64,000 nucleotides of DNA from Lingula anatina (Eukaryota > Animalia > Brachiopoda), in assembly GCA_051362555.1 (NCBI GenBank), contig CM120640.1, forward strand, positions 1,860,001 to 1,924,000, written 5' to 3'. Every line of letters begins with the position of its first letter. The stretch's first letter is position 1. Under the pieces are notes generated by a model. That model did no database searches and was not told the DNA's origin. It saw nothing but the letters and a program-made list of their open reading frames with translations. A program made the translations under genes and the position numbers. Below, one piece after another: positions 52,354-64,000 of the stretch.

Positions 52354-53767
52354 AGACTTGAGGAATAACAATAAAACTGTTAATAAAGGAGCTCAATAAT
52401 ATATTTATTATCAAAGAGTTATCATTTTTATCCAGAAGCAAAACCATCAGTTATCAGTTGACATAAATTTTACTTTTGATGGTTCTCCATATTTGAGTGG
52501 AGGATGCAAAATAGTTGTTTAGATGTCAGTAATTTGGCACATCCCTGCCTTTTTCATAAGTCACAAATACATAGTCTGTTTCTCCTGCTCCATATGAAGC
52601 TGTCTCTGTATCTCCAGATTCATCATCACAATCAATAGAAGGTACATATTCCATAGACAGGCACTCATTTTTACAACATTTTAACTTCTTATCAGTGAAG
52701 AGATATTTTGCCTGTTCTTTCGTCAAATGGAGAATGTGATCGCGTGGAGATCTCTTCTTTGCTACATTTTTAAGTACTCCGCCCTCTAAAAATGAAGTTT
52801 CACATATGCACACCCCTGATTGGTTTGTGGCAAAAATCTCTTGGTCTTTTCTATAATTTTTAGTTGTACCACAAGAGCAGCGGTCCCCGATATGGACTTC
52901 CTGGAAGGGACCGTGTCCGTCGCTAATTGCGTGTTCTGTTGGACTTTTCATAGATCTGGCGCAGAGTTTGTATATCAGTGCCAGTATTCCAATCACTGCT
53001 GCTATGATGACAATGGTGATAACAGAACGTAGGGCAATGATTTCCCACGTTTCCGTTTGTTCTTGTGGCAGAGAAATCTCTGCTGTGGTCAAAGATACCG
53101 TTTCTGTCGTCCCTGTCCTATTAAGTTCCTGTGTTATGTTCAGAACATCAGGATTCGGTGGCAAGGTAAAGTTAGTGACATTATCTAGAAAATGTGTCCT
53201 TACTGTACTCATGAGTTTTGTCTTATATGTTGAAGACTTCGGTATGTTAAGGCTGAAGGTACATAAGATGATATGCTGGTAAAAAGTCAAGGTGCCCCCC
53301 AGTGGTGCTCCTTGGAAATGTCAGCCAGGTTCAGGTGTGGCTATTCAAAAAAGGGTAAAAAGGAATGTTAGTTATAATTGCTTCGCTGCACTGTGACTCA
53401 GTGATTATGGCTCCTTTTTGTTCAGAGGGAAACAAGTTTGTTTGGGCCACTATGGGCCAAATGGACTCTAAAGAACAAAGGGTAGTAATAACAAAAACTT
53501 CATATGCTTTTATGGCACTGTGTGCTGTGCTGTTTAAGGTGCATTAGAAGTTGAATTTAAGAATGTTTATAAATCATATCACGTTACAGTACAGACATTT
53601 TGGTTTTCTCACATTACAGTCATGATTTTTTTTTTCATTTATTTAAATCAAAAATCCAATTTTAACTTGACAGTTTCCTGCCTTAAGCAGACCCCTCCCC
53701 CATGTGTGATGTGAATATTTCAATATCAAAGCTATTCCTGTAATGCTTTAGATTTATTATGAATAAA

Positions 53768-53852
<85 letters not shown>

Positions 53853-55753
53853 AAAATTGTTTTTGGGTAACTTTTCACCATCTTGAAGGCATTGAATAAT
53901 GTGATTAAAGCAAACAATATTGTTCCATTTGTTACTTTTGATACTGTACATGATAAAGTTACTTCCATTTGCTAATGCCACCTCATTATATCTTGGAAGT
54001 AAGAGTAAGTACAGGAGGTATCTATAATATTTTTGTTATTATAAATAACATTACAGGTATACTTACCGTTCTTGGATGCAGTAGCTTGTTTCCCACCAGG
54101 TTGTTAACCGTTTTATTTGAAATCTCTGCTGTAGTCTGCTGTTTTCTGTCTCTGGCATTGACTTGTTAAGGATTGGTGTAACAATTCCACTTGACCAGTT
54201 CCCAAATAACAGTAAGGGTAAATCTCCTCCCAATATACCAGGAAGGTTTTAGCTGTGCTGCAAAGCAAAATCTTTTCATTAATAGAAAATCTGCAGCATT
54301 ACATTACCAGTTGTGTAATTTGATCAAAGTGTATTGTGTTTATTTGCTGAGGAAGTTGTAATATTTGGTCCATTGCACACTTCATAGGTGTGACCCTCTG
54401 GCATTTGAACTGATACAATCTATAGAAACTGTGCTTGTTTAAGATTGCATAATCTTACTCATGGACTATTTTCAAATTTTTACACAGGTTTTTGAAAAGT
54501 TAGCATTCTTGTCTCTTCTCTTTTTCATTTTGTTGGAGAATTATTTTGATTGTGGTTTGTTACACTTTATTTTATTTTCTAAATGGCATGAAAAGGGTGC
54601 TTTTGACAAAAAATATCAAAAAGAGAAAATGAAAAAAAAAAAAGACTATTTGAAAGCCTGAAGATAAATTGTTTTTGTAAGTGGTATCGATTTGATTTTT
54701 AATTGAAATTTTGATCCTCTACATTGGAATAAATTGAAGGATATAATATTATTATTGTCCTTGACCCAACTTTGCCAGGTATCAAATGTCACACCCCAGT
54801 TACGATTGAAATAACTTGACTCCATGACACTTCATTGCTTGGGGGTGGTCAAGCATACCACTGTTCAACCATTTAAGTGAGTGACAGCTTGTTCATTTAT
54901 AAAGTTGTATAGCTGACTGCTCCTATCAACAAAGACTATGATGCAAATTGCAGCAGTTCTTTTTTGTACTGATAACTCATAATTTTATGTAAAATTATGT
55001 CAACCACGAAAAAGTAGACTTAAAAGTTTCACTAAAACAAAGTACAAATCAAACAAGCAAAGGTACAATAAGTTTGGACACCTCATGCACTCCTTTCACT
55101 GTTTGAGTATTTGTAGAAATAATTGGGTCACAGACCGTGAATTAAAATGTAAGGAGCTCCAGGGAAAAATTCATTGGAGTGTGCCTTATCACCTGTATAT
55201 CTGTGGCTTACATAACCTGAGCTCCCCTTTAACTTCTGTTTCTATTCCCTGTTCACTGTGCTGTTTGTTTGACCTTTTTGCTATTTGATCAACTCTTCTT
55301 ATGTGGAAGATGGCAAAGGAAAATAAGATATTGGAGGAAAGTGAATGTTATTATACTAAGCCACTAATTTTAGAGTTTAGCAAGTAATAGGACAGCAGAC
55401 TAGACAGCATTTTATAAATAGCCACAACTTGTTTGCTTTAATAAAAGAAGGCTGTTTATTGATCAAATGTACCAACTAGAAGATTATGGAATTGGTTAGC
55501 TACTGCCGTAAATATACACTTCCCAGGCCAGTGACTTGGATCAGTTTGCTTCCTATAACAACAGACAGAATTGGTGCATCAGCCTTTGGTGAAATAATCT
55601 TACATGCTCTCATTGGAAGTTAATTTAGCAAATGTAAAGTGTTTTTGGTATTTTGCTCCTTATTTTTCTTCTGTCTAGGGATGTTTTAGTTTGTGACATC
55701 GCCAAAATTAGTCTCTGGATGTCAAATTGATTAATTAATTAATTAATTAATTT

Positions 55754-55784
<31 letters not shown>

Positions 55785-58700
55785 ATCTCCCAAACATAGC
55801 ATCATTTGTCTAGCCTGTAGAATCCTTATTTAGCGTAATCACTTATTTTTTGTATTTCAGCTGACCTGAAGCAGAGACTGAAGTGTTTTGATCTGTCCCC
55901 AGAACTGATCGCTGTCACAGTGAGCACTTTGTCCAAGGTAATACTATAAGGGGCAGGTCCAGAGATATTTTTGACAGTCTTCCTAATTAACTTTGTCAAT
56001 CCATCTTCCATTTTTGATCATCTTCCAACAACAACACAAAATTAAATACTCGTTAATGTAAACTTGAAAATCTTACCGTCTTCCAGAAGACGGCCTCAAT
56101 CTGCCCTTGACTATGCTGCTCAAATGGGAGCTTCTTCTTAGTGGGTCTACACAGACACTTGTAGAGAAACTCTCTGCCATTCCTGCCTTACTTCACACAA
56201 TGTTGTTCTGCATTTATGGCAGTACAGTATCTATCATGCACCTAATTAACAACAATTACCTGTAATATATATATTGGCAGCTGACTTTCTCTAAATATTT
56301 TACATAGGTATACACATGGGCGCACACATACAGTTACACGGGGAGACAAAACCATTATTTCTTACCTGCTTCCAACCTTTTTCTGCAGTACTTGTTTTGT
56401 AATACAGATATCTCTTACGTCTATTTCTACTCAGCAATGAGAACAATGCTGAATTGCGTCTCTAATGACCAGGTTACCTGGTGAAGGGAGTTATTAAAAG
56501 ATCATTTAGGTACTGAGCTGGATGACTACCTGAATTAACTGCTGCTCATGCAAGTCAAATTTTGATAGCTTAAAAGTTAAATGGACTTAAGTTTTGCATA
56601 TGGAGTCAACAGTCGAAGCCCCTAATACTAACTTTGACAGAATGACAAGGTCACTTTAAAACATCTTGTAATTTTAAGATTTATTTTGATGAATTAGATA
56701 CATAATCTATGACAAATATGCTACAGGGAAAAAATGAACATTTTATTCAATGTAGCTGATACATGAGGCAATTAGCTTATATAAAGCAGTGGTTTGACAA
56801 AAAAAAAAAATCAGGTCTCACAACTTGCCAAGAAAAATCAGCTAAACTGCAGGCTCGCTCTGGCTTGTTTTAGAGCATTGATCCAATCCAAACATCGCAT
56901 GTTGGTAGACCTCCTGTTTCTCCAGTTCCGTCACTGTGCTGAACAACTATTATTTCTCTGACTCTACTTTAATCCAGACAAAAATGTGTGAAGTTCTCAT
57001 CCTGTGGGCAGAATTCTTTGATTTTTGTCTGAAGTGTATGAAATCTAGTTAATTGAACCTTTTACAAGCTTTGAATCTCTGGTAACTGTAAATAGGTATT
57101 GATTTTTCTGATGATTCAGTGTATTCTCTCTCTCTCTCTCTCTTTTTTTTTTTTTTTTTGTGACGTAATCTGGTTCTTTTTGCATTTTAAAATGATTTAT
57201 GGTTTTAAGATACTTTGAGAAATTTGACATTTAAGTTTATCCTGAATTTCAAATAAGTCTTTTAAATTTTGAAAATCAAGTGTGAAATGTGTGATATGTT
57301 TTAGATAGACGTTTGGTTTGAAACAATGTTATCTTTGTCATTTAAAGGGATAATAACTCTTCGCATGATATCTATATTTCACTGTAAAAACCTTGTGAAT
57401 AACTCATAGAAATATAATATATTCTGTTTTACCAAAAAACAGCAGTTATAGCTTTTATTCTGATATCTGAACTTGTCTTTAGACCACGTGACCTCCATTG
57501 ATGTCTATACTCTGTTAAAATCTCTTAAGAGATTTTAACAAAAAACCAAACTTTTTAGAAAAAAACCAGGGACTAACTTTGAATGTAAAAATGGATTCAT
57601 TAACCATTGGTAAGTATGGGAAAATTGTTGTTTACTCCAGGAAAATTCATTTTTTGGCCGAAACGAAGAGTTATTATTGCTTTAATCAATTTTAAGATTT
57701 AAGTTTTCTAGAAAATTTCTCTACGTAATAATTCTTTGTCATGTCAGTACTAGTACAGTTAGCTTTAGGGATCTGTTAGAAAGCTTGTTAAAAGCTTTTT
57801 GGTTTTTCATGAATAAAATCATTATTTAAACTAACAAGTTCGGCCTTTTTACAGCATCCCTGCTCTAACAATCTCTCTAATCATTGTTTTCTTTCCAGTT
57901 GCTAGGGCAACAATCAGCAGACGTCACCCGAGCCAGTTCAGCAGCAGATGAGTGGTGCGAGGAGCTTCTTAAAGCATGCGATGAGTATCTGTCCAGCGTT
58001 ATACTGGGGGAAAACCAAGGTGATCAATTAATAGCTCTGTCATCAATACTACTTGGAATAAAACTCTACAATGTGAATGTGTTCTTTGATTTACATAGTC
58101 TTAGGCTTTTGATATTTTCCCAGATTTTTTAAAAGTATTATGTAAACAATCTCGATGGTGGTTCTTGTGGAATGAGTCATGTATCAGATGATCTTCTTTT
58201 TAGATGATGTGTATTCGTTACTTTTTTTAAATGATTTTTAAATATAGCATTGCCATCATAAGCCAGGGTGATGTACAAATTATTGTCAACTTCCCCCTGA
58301 TTTTTTACCCTGTCAGCATGATGTTATAGCATTTTATAGCATGTTCAGTAACTAATCTACTACCATATCACTAGGTGGAGAACTTGACGAGGTGTTGATA
58401 GTACGCCACCTGTTTACCCTGGGGGAGATCTCCCAGCTATGTCCTGGGAAGACGCCCAGACGTGTCTTCATGCTGGTGCAGAGTCTGATTGCTGCCCCCA
58501 CCATTTCATCTGGAGGTAAACTAAGCTAATCCTCTAAGTGATTAAGGATATATATAGTGTGGGAAGTCATTAAGTTCTATTAGTGCACCTTTACAACCAG
58601 CCTTGTCCAAAAAAAAAAAAAAAAAAAGAATTTTACAAGATTTTTTGATAATTATTCAATGATATGCCCCTTGTAATACTTACATTTTATACTTATCTAT

Positions 58701-61700
58701 ACACTGAGGTTTAAACATATTGCATGGTTATAGAAATGCTCCTAAATATTGTAAAGAATTGACTTACACGGTGCATCTGTGTATTATCAATTTTAAAAAT
58801 CTATTTACTTCAATGAATATTTTCAGTTGAATATGAAAGGTTTAGGTGTTTAAAGAATTGTGCAATACTTTTTTTTTTCTTTTGCTGTTGTCAATAATCA
58901 GAATAGTTTATTTTATTTATTTTGATGTTATTTATTGCTGTTGTCAATAATCAATAAATAGAGAGATAAAATTAAGCAACATATTACCATTTATGAAGAT
59001 ACTCATTTTCATTTTTCAAAATATTTTTTTCAAAAATGCAGAAGTGAAAACTATTTCAGTATACGTCATTTGTACACTATAAAATATATATGTTCTTGCC
59101 CACGATTTCTGCAGCTAAAGAATTTATCAATTTTACCTGTTATTAAGATTTTGATATTTTTGAAATTGTACCAATTTAACAGAAATTTGGCTTATATTTG
59201 TAAAAGGTAGGCCTGTTAGTACTGAAAGATGACAAGTTTTCAGGTAGCCAAATATGAATAAGTTATTTGGCATGTTACACTGTTACTGCAGTGCATATTA
59301 GCTAGTAAGGAAAAATATTACCTACCTGCCAGACTGGTATCACCTGAGAAAATGTGTAGGAATGTCAGGATATTTACGTGCACACACACATGCATATATT
59401 CATACCATGTGCTCCTACTTAACGTAGTAAACACTGGCACAGATCTGAAATCTTATTGGCTCACAACCAGAGGTCATCCAGGGGTCAAGGGCAAAATAGG
59501 TCAACTTTTGGTCATGTGACTGATTTTGCCCAGTTAAAGGAAGATCGGGTATATTATGTTGATGGGTTATTTAAAGAAGCTTGATATATTACTTATTGCT
59601 GGTGGGAACCTATACCCACATCTGGTCTGCTCTTTATTAAGATAACCCATGGAGAGTTTACTGACCATATGATGTTTTCTGCATTTTTACCTCCTCTGGG
59701 AAAAAAATTCTTGTAAAATCTTTTCCTGACAAATCTGGTTGTGTAGGTGCATTAACAGAAGTTAATGACTTCTCACACTGATTATATCCTTAGTCACTTA
59801 ATGGCTTCATTCCTGACTATGTCCCAGAGCTCAGTTTAATCAGCATACCTGATGTCTTGAAACTGTTTTAAGCAGTGTTTAGTGATGGAATTAAGCTCTA
59901 GGGTAAAGTTTTTAAGGGGAAGTGCTAAGCAAAAGTTCAGGAAGAGACAATTAGAGGGGAGAGAAATAAAGTAGAACACAGAAGAGCCTAGATTCTTTTA
60001 TCTTTATTTTTTATTGATATAATTTAGGAGTGACATACGTGTTAGAATTATTACTGTTTCCAGGGGTGGATCCAGAGATATTTTCTGACAGGCTTCCAAA
60101 TTATCTTTATTGATCCATCCCCCATTTTTGACAGTCATCAAACAGAAAAAATTAGATACCCATCAATGTAAACTTGAAATTTTGACCCTCTTCCAGAAGA
60201 CCTAGAAGACAGAATAAATCTGCCCCTGGCTTCAATGTAATTCATGAACTTTAGTAAGGTGATAGCCTGTATTTATACTGTGCTCGAACCAATAAAGAAT
60301 TATTATTATGATAGTGTTATCATCTCTTGACACTGGAATAATAATCTGTCCATATTTCCTATTTTGTTTCAGATGTGAACACTCAGCTCCCAGAGGAGGC
60401 TCAGTTCCCCCATGGAAGCCAGCTGACCCAGGGGACACAGGTGTTGTCGCAGTTTCAAGGCTCTAAGATGAGCAGCAGCATACGGGCACACGCCTTTGTG
60501 ACACTGGGTAAGGTGCATTGACATAAAATGAAACGAAACATCAGTATATATATATATACAATTCCTTGGAAACATGAATTTGAACCATCTTTTTGATAAT
60601 GTCATATGCTAAACTAGTTAAAAAACTTTAGATCAAGTGAGGAATATAATTTGCTTAGTTTTGATTTTTATTAGGGAGTGTTTTGCCTACACAACGTTTG
60701 TCATTTTCTTTATTTGAAACCCACCTTTCTGATTTAAAATATGATCTTGTGCGTCATCCCCCTTGTAAATTATGATAATTGGTTTCATTAATGTTACTTC
60801 CTGTCTTCAGGCAAGTTGTGTCTTCAGAATGAAGACATTGCTAAGAAGTGTATTGCTGCCATGGCACGCGAGTTGGAGACGTGTGACGACCCCGCCGTCA
60901 GGAACAATGTGGTGGTCATTATGTGTGACCTATGTATTAGGTAGATTTCATTGAATTGATGATTTATCTCAATTTAAACTAAATTTAATGAAATCAAGCA
61001 GGTCATTTTGTTGTACATTTGCAAAAATTTTAGTAATTAAAAAGTAACCATTTTTATTGAAACAATTTTATATGGTTTTGTCAAGTTTCAGCCTCTCAGG
61101 ATGATTTGCAGTCTGAAACTCCTACATTTGAATCTCCTATACATTTCATAGACTCTACTGTGTAACAGTTCAATTTCTGCACATATTGTTGAAGTACTGT
61201 GGGAAGGATCTCCATATGTGTCCATTCCAAAATCTGTCAAAAAATTTTGTGTGTGCTGAAAACTGTTGAATATATAATCTGCGTATATAGCCTGATATTT
61301 GTGTATATTTCCAGATACACCACACTAGTGGACAGGTATGTGGGGAACATTGCCGCCTGCCTGAAGGATGAAAACCCTTTGATCAGAAAGCAGACGTTAA
61401 CTTTGCTGACACGACTGCTGCAGGTGACAATAGATTTCTTTTTTAAAGATATCAAGCTGATAACAAAATTATTGATATGTTTTTCATTTTTGTCAGACTT
61501 TCAATTTGGATAGCTGTCAGAAGTGAGAAAAATATGTTTTCATTAAACTGATTTGGCTTTAGAATATTCTGAATGACAAGATACAGTTTGTCATCTTTAC
61601 TGCAAGAATTGTAACCGTTTATGTAAATTTTGACTTCTATTTTTAGGAGGATTTCCTGAAATGGAAAGGAAGTTTGTTCTTCAGGTTCATTACAGCTGTG

Positions 61701-63993
61701 GTTGACAAAGATCCTGACATCAAAACTTTTGGTAAATACTGTTAATCCTTGCGTACTGAGACAGTAACAACAAGTTATTAAAACAGATAGGATGTGAAAA
61801 ATTCAGATCGAAAGCCAAAAGTAATAAAGTTAATCTGCAAAATGTAACTCTAAGCCAAAGTTTACAAAATGTTTAGCAGGATTTAGAGATTTTTGATCAG
61901 CCATCGTAATTTCAGCTCCCCAAAATGATGAAGTTAATATGCAAAATTTGACTTCAAAATATGTTGAAAATGAAACAAAATTAGCAAATTGTTTTTGAAA
62001 TTAAGCAGCAAAATGAAGAGATTTTGATCAGCCATCTTAAGTAGCACTTGAATATAAAACAATGAATGTTTTTTCAGCGGAGTTCTGTTTGGTCCATCTT
62101 CTGCTCCAGAGGAACCCTGGCATGTTCAACCAGCACTTTGTGGAGTGCATCTTCCACTTTAATGCTTACGAGGGTCACAATGTCTATAACAAGTTTTCAC
62201 AATCGGAACGGGAAAGAACAATGTTTTCCTTGAAGGGGAAAGACAATGCAGAGTAAGCTTTGCAGCTAAATGTATCTATTTTTCAGTTAGATGGTCATAA
62301 TTTTTGTGTTATACAGGTATAACAATATGTTTAAGGTGAACGTTTTGAAAAAAGTAACCAAAGACTTTATGTTGGCATAGAGATACCGGTATAATTGTAA
62401 GTTCAACTGATAAAACATGAAATTAGATATCTTATGTTGATTTGTTTTCTGCTGAGTATTGGTGTAAATATTTGTAGCTTCCTTTCACCAGTGGACTTTA
62501 TTTTCTGGTCTGCCACATACTCAGCAATCACTAAAGGTATGAAGAGCATATTTCATAATGGTGTCATTGTTTCCATTTTGTGTAGGAAGCGTATGTACAT
62601 GTACAGATTCATGCTGGAACACATGAGTGATGAGCACCGGTTCCAGCTCACAGCCAAGATCTGCCAGGAGGTGAGGGCCCTTTTTCTTAGGGTTCATTCC
62701 CAGTAAAACTATTGTTCTGTGTATGGACTCTTGCTGAATGCAGTCTGATCAACAGATTAACAAACCTTCTCCTGAGGTTGAGTGCACTACAGAAAAGCTG
62801 ATTATTATCTTGGGTATGTAGGAAGTCTGTTAATGTGATTGCATTCAGCAAAAGTCCCCAAGGAGTTGGATGGATCTACATAGAAAGTATCATTGGGAAT
62901 GATCCCTTAGACTAACTCCAGGAAGTAGACTGTATGACAGTGATGGAATGTCTGGGTCATGCTGTGGGGAAAGCCCTCAGGTTACATGCCAACTTACTTC
63001 TTACACACAGTATAGAGGACAAATACAAACTGCCTTCTTCCTGGAGGTTATGAAACATTGGTTTCAGTTCCTGACATGTGTCTGTGATATATTACAACTT
63101 TGACATTTGGTTTTTTTCCTGTTCATGGATTGAAATAATATGGGGCTTTATGCTCACAGCTCATTTCCTGACATCTTCAAGGCTGAAAGTGAAGGAGTAA
63201 AATTTTGATACAGTAGAGTGATTTCTCTATGAAATTTCTCTATAAATCATTGTGTTTGACTGATGTTATTAAGTCTCTAAGAAAGGAAGTTCTGTTTTAT
63301 CATCCTATCCAGAGACCATGAACAGTCTCTTTAATAGAACTTTTCCATAAAAGCCGTGTTCCCAATTTAGCTGTTGTAAGTGTGTTTATTTTTATTCATT
63401 AAAAAAGATTACTCTATTTCATGATAATATGTTTCAGATCCTGGGAGGTTTGGTGGACGGGGTGATGCCCCTGGACCCTGACACCAGTGCTCTCCTCCAG
63501 GATGCCCTGGCTATACTGTGTTGTAAGGTGAGGAGATGGAACAGCCTCCAGAAACAATATTAGAAAACACCCTGTCTCTGATGTAAAGATAAGGGCATTT
63601 CATTATCGATAGAAGATTGTCTGTCAAACTCAAGTTTAACAAAGTCTGTAATAAATCATAACACAAGATGAAAAATTAGCCCCCCCCCATCCCCTCCAAG
63701 GGAAGTTCTACAAAATAAAATGTTAATTTTTCTATTCTATTATCAGTCAATTAATTAAAACAAAAGTTATAAATAAGTGATGCTAAGGTATGCCATCCTG
63801 TAGAGTTAACTGAGCCAAGGAGATATATTGGATGCAACTCCTTGACTGAGTCAAATCCAATACTGAAGTCTGCCCTATTGCAGGAGATCAAGCTGTCCAG
63901 TATGCGTTCTAGACCACAGCAGGAGGAGGCTGTAGATGAACAAGACATGGCCGCTGCTGTGATGGAGAAGGCTAAGAAAACTCTTATATCACA
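29195..63993 (+). CDS. NCAPD3: Condensin-2 complex subunit D3 (HEAT repeats, Cnd1 domain); at least 35 exons, 3' end beyond window
   Basis: Approximate exons: 29195-29258, 29743-29907, 30442-30527, 30974-31049, 31232-31309, 31549-31657, 32165-32266, 32674-32803, 33012-33054, 35344-35400, 35624-35742, 36173-36283, 36667-36753, 37330-37400, 37820-37907, 38510-38680, 39024-39227, 39587-39720, 39990-40086, 40430-40542, 40958-41032, 41192-41294, 41579-41678, 42055-42144, 55861-55937, 57899-58019, 58375-58515, 60373-60507, 60811-60940, 61315-61423, 61647-61731, 62078-62251, 62586-62670, 63438-63527, 63884-63993. Diagnostic peptides: [89 protein letters not shown]. Confidence 0.96.
30030..30244 (+). 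mobile_element. PIF/Harbinger-like MITE, copy B, 215 bp
   Basis: Perfect TTA/TTA TSD. About 3 substitutions relative to 10752-10966. Confidence 0.88.
33741..34087 (-). CDS. Death-domain protein, nested antisense in an NCAPD3 intron
   Basis: [46 protein letters not shown]...[17 protein letters not shown] fits the death-domain pattern. Acceptor ttttttatttcag at 34088, first ATG at 34061. Confidence 0.85.
34180..34318 (+). mobile_element. MITE, CAGGGGCGGAT TIR family
   Basis: cagaggggatccaggg...aatctgcccctg flanked by tttta/tttta. Homologous to 60061-60228. Confidence 0.7.
36790..37190. repeat. CT-rich low-complexity polypyrimidine tract
   Basis: About 400 bp, almost purine-free, with degenerate ctcactcctc units. 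Confidence 0.9.
37851..38262. repeat. 105-bp tandem repeat (4 copies) of an NCAPD3 exon 3' part plus splice donor
   Basis: gagccagtctttcc starts at 37851, 37956, 38061 and 38166. Confidence 0.97.
44869..45246 (-). CDS. Small single-pass (type III-like) membrane protein, nested antisense; probably 2 coding exons, 91 aa
   Basis: Exon 45246-45079 has an N-glycosylation sequon (NAT), [20 protein letters not shown] and basic KVFRR, then donor ACA|gtaagg. A 102-nt intron ends at ttcttggcgcag. Exon 44976-44869 reads [35 protein letters not shown]. Confidence 0.55.
51861..52036. repeat. 44-bp minisatellite, 4 copies
   Basis: aatctctgataga(c/t)gtacattcattataaaaatgatcccaatta at 51861, 51905, 51949 and 51993. 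Confidence 0.95.
52526..53212 (-). CDS. Single-pass (type III-like) membrane protein, 228 aa, nested antisense
   Basis: First ATG at 53212 with an in-frame stop upstream. Sequons NVT, NFT, NIT and NRT precede [21 protein letters not shown], followed by a Cys- and Tyr-containing tail. An acceptor at ~53341 and a donor at ~54066 suggest a 5' UTR intron. Confidence 0.75.
   Translation of the reverse strand: MSTVRTHFLDNVTNFTLPPNPDVLNITQELNRTGTTETVSLTTAEISLPQEQTETWEIIALRSVITIVIIAAVIGILALIYKLCARSMKSPTEHAISDGHGPFQEVHIGDRCSCGTTKNYRKDQEIFATNQSGVCICETSFLEGGVLKNVAKKRSPRDHILHLTKEQAKYLFTDKKLKCCKNECLSMEYVPSIDCDDESGDTETASYGAGETDYVFVTYEKGRDVPNY
53770..53849. repeat. (TA)n microsatellite
   Basis: About 40 TA units. 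Confidence 0.98.
55948..56109 (+). mobile_element. MITE, CAGGGGCGGAT TIR family, ~10 bp downstream of an NCAPD3 donor
   Basis: aaggggcaggtccagagatatt...aatctgcccttg flanked by actat/actat. Confidence 0.72.
60061..60228 (+). mobile_element. MITE, CAGGGGCGGAT TIR family
   Basis: caggggtggatccagagatattttctgacag...aatctgcccctg. Confidence 0.78.
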
Positions 63994-64000
63994 GGTATGA

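Noticed and set aside
53732-53981. ORFs with YIYIYI runs
   Set aside because: Translation of the (TA)n microsatellite.

Overview
AT-rich, intron-rich metazoan genomic DNA, probably invertebrate and possibly lophotrochozoan (the taxon is inferred, not shown). Gene order: 5' part of a kinesin-9 (KIF6-like) gene on the minus strand, head-to-head with a two-exon archaemetzincin gene (+); a ~5.2 kb nest of Helentron-type non-autonomous elements carrying 159-bp and 146-bp tandem arrays; a decayed transposon-like locus (PHD finger + vertnin/OTU-like ORF, frameshifted continuation, hairpin tandem array, SGNH-like fragments); an ORF for a secreted NtA/TIMP-fold-like protein; GCAT (-) head-to-head with a long condensin II subunit D3 gene (NCAPD3, +, at least 35 exons, runs off the window). 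NCAPD3 introns host three antisense nested genes: a death-domain protein and two signal-peptide-less single-pass membrane proteins, one with an ITSM-like tyrosine motif. The most unusual items are three frame-preserving micro-exons building a long basic insertion in kinesin loop L12, the nested antisense signalling-like cluster, a Harbinger-type MITE family whose asymmetric termini are swapped relative to its core, and a 105-bp tandem amplification of an NCAPD3 exon end plus splice donor. Exon boundaries were read by eye from GT-AG sites and reading frame, and family assignments come from recalled motifs, not database searches.
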